This document shows, piece by piece, positions 57,667 to 64,000 of a DNA stretch of 64,000 nucleotides. The position numbers and the translations under genes are program-made. Below the pieces are notes generated by a model. It saw nothing but the letters and a program-made list of their open reading frames with translations, was not told the DNA's origin and searched no databases. Origin of the DNA: Auanema rhodensis (Eukaryota; Animalia; Nematoda); assembly GCA_964057225.1 (NCBI GenBank), contig OZ059896.1, forward strand, positions 15,562,001-15,626,000, given 5' to 3'. Each line of letters begins with the position of its first letter. The stretch's first letter is position 1.

Positions 57667-58478
57667 TGGTGTGCACGGGCTGTGCCAAGCCTAAGCTTGT
57701 CCACTTTTTAATTCTGAAGAAATGAAATGCATTTACATTGATATTGTATAAATAAATAAAAATATTCAAGGTTAAATAAAATAAATAATATGAAATATAA
57801 TAGAAACTATTAAATGTTTTTATATAAAATAGAAGAAAATGAAGATATACAGTTTTCAAAGAAAAGAAAGTTTTGTTAGGGGGCATGACGAATGATTTTG
57901 ATTACAAAACGCTATGAAGAAGTTAATGATGCGATAACATCAAGTCATGATTTCAAATAAATAGCCTGAGGATAAGAAACTAGAGTGGGAGTAGAAGATG
58001 GAACTCATCCGACATGGGTGGGAAACGAAAATGCCTTAAAATGGAGGCGTGGTCTATTGTTGGCCCAGCTTTAGCCGAGAAAGAGAAATAGAATGAAGGC
58101 AAAAAGAAGAAATCGTGAAAAGGTGAAGAAAGAATATAAGATATATAAAATTATAAATAATATAGTTAAATATAAAAGTATAGTATAAGTTAATGAAGTA
58201 GCTAAGTATTGGTATTAGATTGAAGATGGAGCTGTCGTGTTACATAGAGGGTGAGGCAGTGAGGCAAAGGAGGCCAGAGAAGTGGAAAGCATTGACCGTC
58301 ACATAATTGAATTAATCGAATTTGGCACCAATTGGATAGTTGAATTGACAGCGATATGTGAGGCTAACAATTTTTATAATCGGTTAACATCATATTTAAA
58401 AAAGAAAAAGCTTTCAAATGATGTTCGGTTTGTATGTATATGTGTTAAGATTGTTGTTCTATTGACATAAAGAGAAAG

Positions 58479-58530
<52 letters not shown>

Positions 58531-61500
58531 GAATAGAGAGAGAGAGAGAGAAGAAGAAGTAAAAACTTTTTTTGGCAAAGAGAGATGTTTAGTTCGTGCT
58601 AATTAATTGACTGAAAATTGGTTCAAGTGGTGGTGACAAGAGTGAGTGGAGAGAGGAGAGAAAGAGAAAATATTTCACTTTTGGCTGTTTTGCTCTTTTT
58701 GAGAGTGATGATGTATTGTATTCTGGCGACTAATTCTGATGATGAGGACGATGTTGGCGGTAAGGAGGTGGGTCCAATGACAGAGAACAATAGAAAACAT
58801 AAAAGGTGAGAATATGACATAAAATCATTAAGGAGTCTAAAGAATAATGATTTAGAGCTCAGATTTTTGATAGAACGATGCCTGGTTGCAAGCAGACGTC
58901 ATGAGGTCAGGATGATGGCAATTAGGAAATGGTGAGATTATATACGTGACGATAGAAATTCATACAAATGTAGTGCTGATCATCATTCGAATCGAAAAAA
59001 ACCACAAAAAAAGGTAAAGAGAGAGAGAGAGGGTAAGAGAGAGATAGAAGGAAGAGTGAGTTAGGAGAGAAATATGACATATTTGTTGTTTCCAGACGAA
59101 TAGTTCAATATGGTAGTTATTGAACTATACATACATACATATATATATATACAAAAATATTTCATTTGTTAGTAAACAAAAGCAAAAACAATCTCGAACT
59201 CAAAAAACACAAAAATGAAATAAGTTTGCCATTACTGTCGTTTAGAATATCAGGCGCTCGTCATGGTGAGTGTGACACATTGGTCAATGATGCAATTCAC
59301 ACTTCCTTCATTCTTTTGAATTTATCTCTCTCTACCTATACTATATACTCTCTCTCTCTCATACATATCTCTTTTTGATCGTCGCATATTGGCATACTAG
59401 TCTCTAAAGAGCAGAAGGCAGGACCAAGTCCTTAGGCCGACTTTTGAGTTGACAGAGAGTTGCTAATGCATTTGCAACTTCCTAATAAGGCTTTTGACTT
59501 GAAGAAGATGGATCCAAAGAGGTTTATTTCTACGAGATGGTCAGCAGTAGCTGAACAAGTGACAGCAGACGGAGAAGCTGAAAACTTATTTTGAACCTTC
59601 ACAACCACATAGTACATAGTATACATAGTTATTAAGGAATGAGCAAGTCAAAGACGAAGCATGAAGTGGATGATTGTTTCCAAAAAGGAAAAACAACAAA
59701 GGGGGAGAGATAGAAGTTGAAGAAGAAGCATAATAGGAGAGATGTATACAAGAAAAGTTTAGTTAAGAAAGGTTATTTATTTAAGAGAAACATGAATCCT
59801 AATGTTATTGAATAGAATAATTTTATAAGATGAAAGAGAAACGAAAAGAAAAATGAAATTTGAGCTCATTTCCATATTTAATCTGCATCTCCTCTTCTTC
59901 TTCTTCTTCTTCTTCCACTTCTCAGTCTGTAGATTCTTATAGACAAAAGTAAGTAGAAGTATCGTAAGGATAACTAAGACAATATAAAAGCATAAATTTT
60001 AACTATATACTAACTATACTATATATTTAATGAGATCATTAGTTTATAGTTTAAAGCAGCTTAAATTAACTATTTTTTTTAAACTCAAAAACAGAAATAT
60101 CTAGTTAATATAGTATTTGATTTTATTGCTCTAAATGTTCTCTATGTAAATTGGACAAGCTCGTCAAAATTATGACATATGAGAACACACAAAAAAGTTG
60201 AAAAGAATAAAACAATGAGCACATCTGACCATAACTGCAAGTTAATTGCCAGGTTTTCTATTGCAGCATGACGTCCAGCATTACGCAGAAGGTTTAATAT
60301 GTCTTTTAGAACCTATTGTCTACATGGAAAATGACAGAAAACTGAGAAGAAAGACGACGATTTTTCTTTTTTTTTGTTAAAAATTTGTCGGAAAAGTCCA
60401 TATGCTTAGATAAATGAGCAACGATAATCTACGAGCGAAGACAGACACATGGAAATGTTTGAAAGTTTGATATTTGGTTGGGAAATATCAAATAAATCTC
60501 AATATTAAACAACATTAAAAATATAAATTCTTGTTATAATCGAAGAAATATGCTAAGCTTTGAGAGAGAAATGCTTGGAATGTTAATGGTCTTGAGAAGA
60601 ATTCATAAAAAAAATTAGTTAACATAATGCAAGCAGAATGATGTGACGACATCTTCAGTTCGAGCCAATCGGATTATCGTGCTGAACAATGGGCAAATTC
60701 AAAATGTTGAAGAAATACAAAGTATAAATCAAAGTATAAAAATGTAGAATATATAGTGAAAAGTAAAAGAAAACATATGCACAACCGATTCATCCGCTTA
60801 TAAATATTCAAATAATTTACGTGATTTACGTGAAAATGACGTGTATGATACAATAATATGCAAAATGAATGCTAGACAAAAGCTATATGAATGACTGAGA
60901 AAAAACATAAAAAGCAATTATGAAGGATGAGGTGATGGCGGCAAAATTAAAAAACAAAACCTCAAACAGTAGAATCCTCTGGGACGACAGTGTTTTGGGT
61001 TTTGATTACTCAAAGACGAACCGATTGACAGCCAGAAACAGCTGATTAATCCGGGGCACGGGTCAGTCAGAGGATCTAGGCCTAGGCTTTGCACAGAGCC
61101 AACTGTTCGTGGATTGTGGTGAATAGCCACGAAAGGCAAACTGTTGATGAGAGAAGGGTAGTAAGAAAGGAAGAGAGAGAGAGGAAGTGACATATAGAGA
61201 AAATTGAGCAGTAGGGAGGTATAATAGAAGAATATGATGATTTAGGATATAATAATATGAATAAAAGATCAAAAAAGGTCATAGAAAGGAAGGAAAAAAA
61301 AGAAAAAGTTGCGAGAGGATATAATAGAAAAAGTATTGTAAAAGACGTCAATAAAAAAAGAAAAAAGAAAAAGGAAAGAATATATAACGATGAAAAATAA
61401 CAAAATGTTTATGAAGGGATGAGCATAGGTAGGAGGAAAATTGAGCAAACTTTGAGTAATACACGACTGTTATGACGTCATCGTCACTAGGTCAGAAGGG

Positions 61501-64000
61501 GTCGACCACTTCATTAGTCGAAACAAGGTATGAATGCAGTTAGCAGCCTAATCAAGAGAGAAACACCTCACAGCAAAAGGGAGGTTGGGTCAGAAGAACA
61601 TGCAGCAGACGGACAGGGGTGGAAAGGAGACAAGAAGGTGAAAAAGCCGAAAATAATGATGATGTGATGTGGTTAAAGCTTGAGCTGTAAGCATCAGGAA
61701 CTCATCATCATCATCGGAAGCTTCGAAGCGAAAGAAGAAGAGAGAATGAGAGTTCAAGAGAAGAGAAAGAGAGAATTAGACGAAGAGAGAAAGAAAGTAC
61801 ATACAGGATGAGAGAACAGGATGAAGAAGGTTAAGAATTGAGCAGTAGGCGATAGCAGACGGTCCAGATGGATGAATGCTTTTCGCAGTTTAGCCTTATA
61901 ACAGAAAGCCGACAACTGATCTCAAAATAAACAATTAGAAATATTTTGTATTGTATAAGTTGTAAGACTACGCACTACAGCATTAACTAAACTTGAAGAA
62001 AACGTGAGTTTTGAGCGCGAAAAATTAAATTTAATGTAAAAATTATTAGAAGTTTACAAGATTAGAAACCATAAGCCGATAACTATGTTTCTTATAGCTC
62101 ATAAGAATGTTGCAACAACAGCAGAAAGAGAACAACAGCCTTCCTCCTTCTAGCAACTAAATGAAAATGAACATATATCATAATAACAAGAAAGATATAA
62201 TTAGATCTATCTATATATATATAATATTAAATAAGAACAAATATACTTAAAGCTTTATTATTATTTTTATTTATGAAAGATTTGAGAAAATGAGCTTGCA
62301 ATTCTCCTTATAATATAGAAAATCTAAAGAGGAATTGAAGTGGCACAAGTCTGTGTGACCGGTTAGGTCACTAAGCTCCGCCCAATTTCTTGTGAAATGA
62401 AGTCTCTGCTTCTCTGCTTCTTCTTCAAAATGCTTCTACTCAAGCTGCTGTTGTCATAATGAAGTTGAAAAGAATGAAGAAGATTTAACATTCATTGAGT
62501 GAATATCAGCAAGAATATTCTGAATTTCATGGTTGAAATTGGGAATAGTTTGTTGGAAAACGTATATTGATGAGATAAGTTCATATATGACTTCATATAG
62601 ATTATGTAATTTGAAGCAGAAATGCTTAATTCTGCAGGTAAAGTATATGAACGAATGGCATATTTACAGAGGAAGTACACTTTGTAGCATAATTGAAATA
62701 GAGAGCGAGGGGAGGAATTCGAAAGAGCCAGGGCAAGAGAAAGAGAGTGAGAACATATCAGGAGCTTAAAGTTTAAAGTCGTCCTAGCACAGGTTCTTGC
62801 TCAAAGCTTTATGTTAGTAATTCGTAGATCATCGGCTTTCTTTTAGTGCATGTCTTCATGCAAAAAAAAATTCGGAAAAGAAGAAGAATATTGGTTACAT
62901 TCAGCTTTGACGTGTACGGAAACCGAAAAAAAGCTTTCCTTACTGATGAGGATTAACCATAAGAATAAGAGAAGTAGCAGATGATCTTCTGCTCCTTAAA
63001 TGATCTTTCTTCTTCTGCTTCGATCACGTCGGTGGCTTCGTCTCAAGAAATTAATTGTTCATGTTTTCTTTTCTTCTTTTGTTAATACAAAGGAAGGAAA
63101 AGCCATCAAATTAACTACAAGTGTATGCAAATCAAAAAAAAAAGGAAAAAAGAAAGAAGAATCTGATTCAGAGAATATAAACATCATGGACGATATTCTC
63201 TGTCAAGTTTGCCATAGCAGTAGCCGGAGCAATATCCCGAACAACAGCAGCGCACAAGTTTTCGGTCATGATCTATATACCCTCAGGGGAATGTTTGTTA
63301 GATTTAGAAATCAGATCGTGAAATTTAAACTTGTAAAACGTGAAAGGAAAGAAAGAAGAGAAAGAATAGAATTGAAATAATGTATGGAAATGTGTATTCT
63401 ATCCAATTGACTGATGGTCATTAATTCAAATTGAAAAATTAGTTTGATTTCTAAAAAGAAAATTTTTTTGAAGAAAAGTATAAAGAATATACATAGTATA
63501 TATATTTAATTTATAATAAAATACAAACATATTTTGATATATGAATGTTAAAACTTAAAAGAAAAATGAAAATTTATTTAGAAGTTGAAGCTCTTTAAGA
63601 AGAAAAAGAATTTGAAGATGAATAAGCGATATACACTAGTGAAGGCTATGGTTCACATTGCAAAACTTGAACTATCAACTTAACTATAAATATATTTTTT
63701 GCAAAAAAGTTTTATTTGAATTCTTTGAAAATTGATCTTTGGAGATTGAGGCTATAAAAAAAGTTTTTTGTCCTCTTCAAGATTCTTTTTGTCACCTCTT
63801 CTTCAATATCTCTCTCTCCCCCTCTCTCTCTCTCTCTCTCCCTCTCTATTTCTCTCTATTCTTGTTCACAAAAGAAAAACAGAACTGAAACGATTCATAG
63901 AGCTAATTAGGGATGAGCGAGCTCTAGCTATCGCTCTTATTCACTACAATCTACTTGACCCATGAAGCTCTTTTTCTCATTATTGTTGTTATTTGTATCA

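Noticed and set aside
57720-64000. Short ORFs in the distal region
   Set aside because: Low-complexity AT/GA-rich non-coding DNA; no supportable gene model, although UTR exons cannot be excluded

Overview
Eukaryotic DNA, almost certainly nematode (5S sequence, ~45-55 nt introns, TTTCAG acceptors). Bases 1-42,840 are the end of a 490-bp tandem array. Each unit carries one U4 snRNA gene and one 5S rRNA gene on the + strand (40 copies of each); the SL1 gene that partners 5S in C. elegans is absent. Three LTR elements interrupt the array, all in spacers. (A) 5145-9080: 3.9 kb, no pol, unequal LTRs, a large structured RNA and orphan ORFs. (B) 10597-20355: an intact BEL/Pao element with gag-pol-env (phlebovirus Gc-like) and an extra zinc-knuckle ORF. 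(C) 24504-33882, minus strand: a Ty3/gypsy element with CG...CG termini, a herpes gB-like env fragment fused upstream of PR-RT-RH, no recognisable gag and an intron-containing antisense gene. A and C share no visible coding homology but share termini, 4-bp TSD, tRNA-Gln PBS, a post-PBS motif and a GAGGTC-capped hairpin 23 nt before the 3' LTR. This suggests a helper/satellite or possibly bipartite retroelement system. Past the array are a GDP-fucose transporter gene (-), a tentative orphan spliced gene (+), a CASPR/neurexin-like gene (-) and AT/GA-rich intergenic DNA. All homology calls are from motif recognition by eye; no searches were run.
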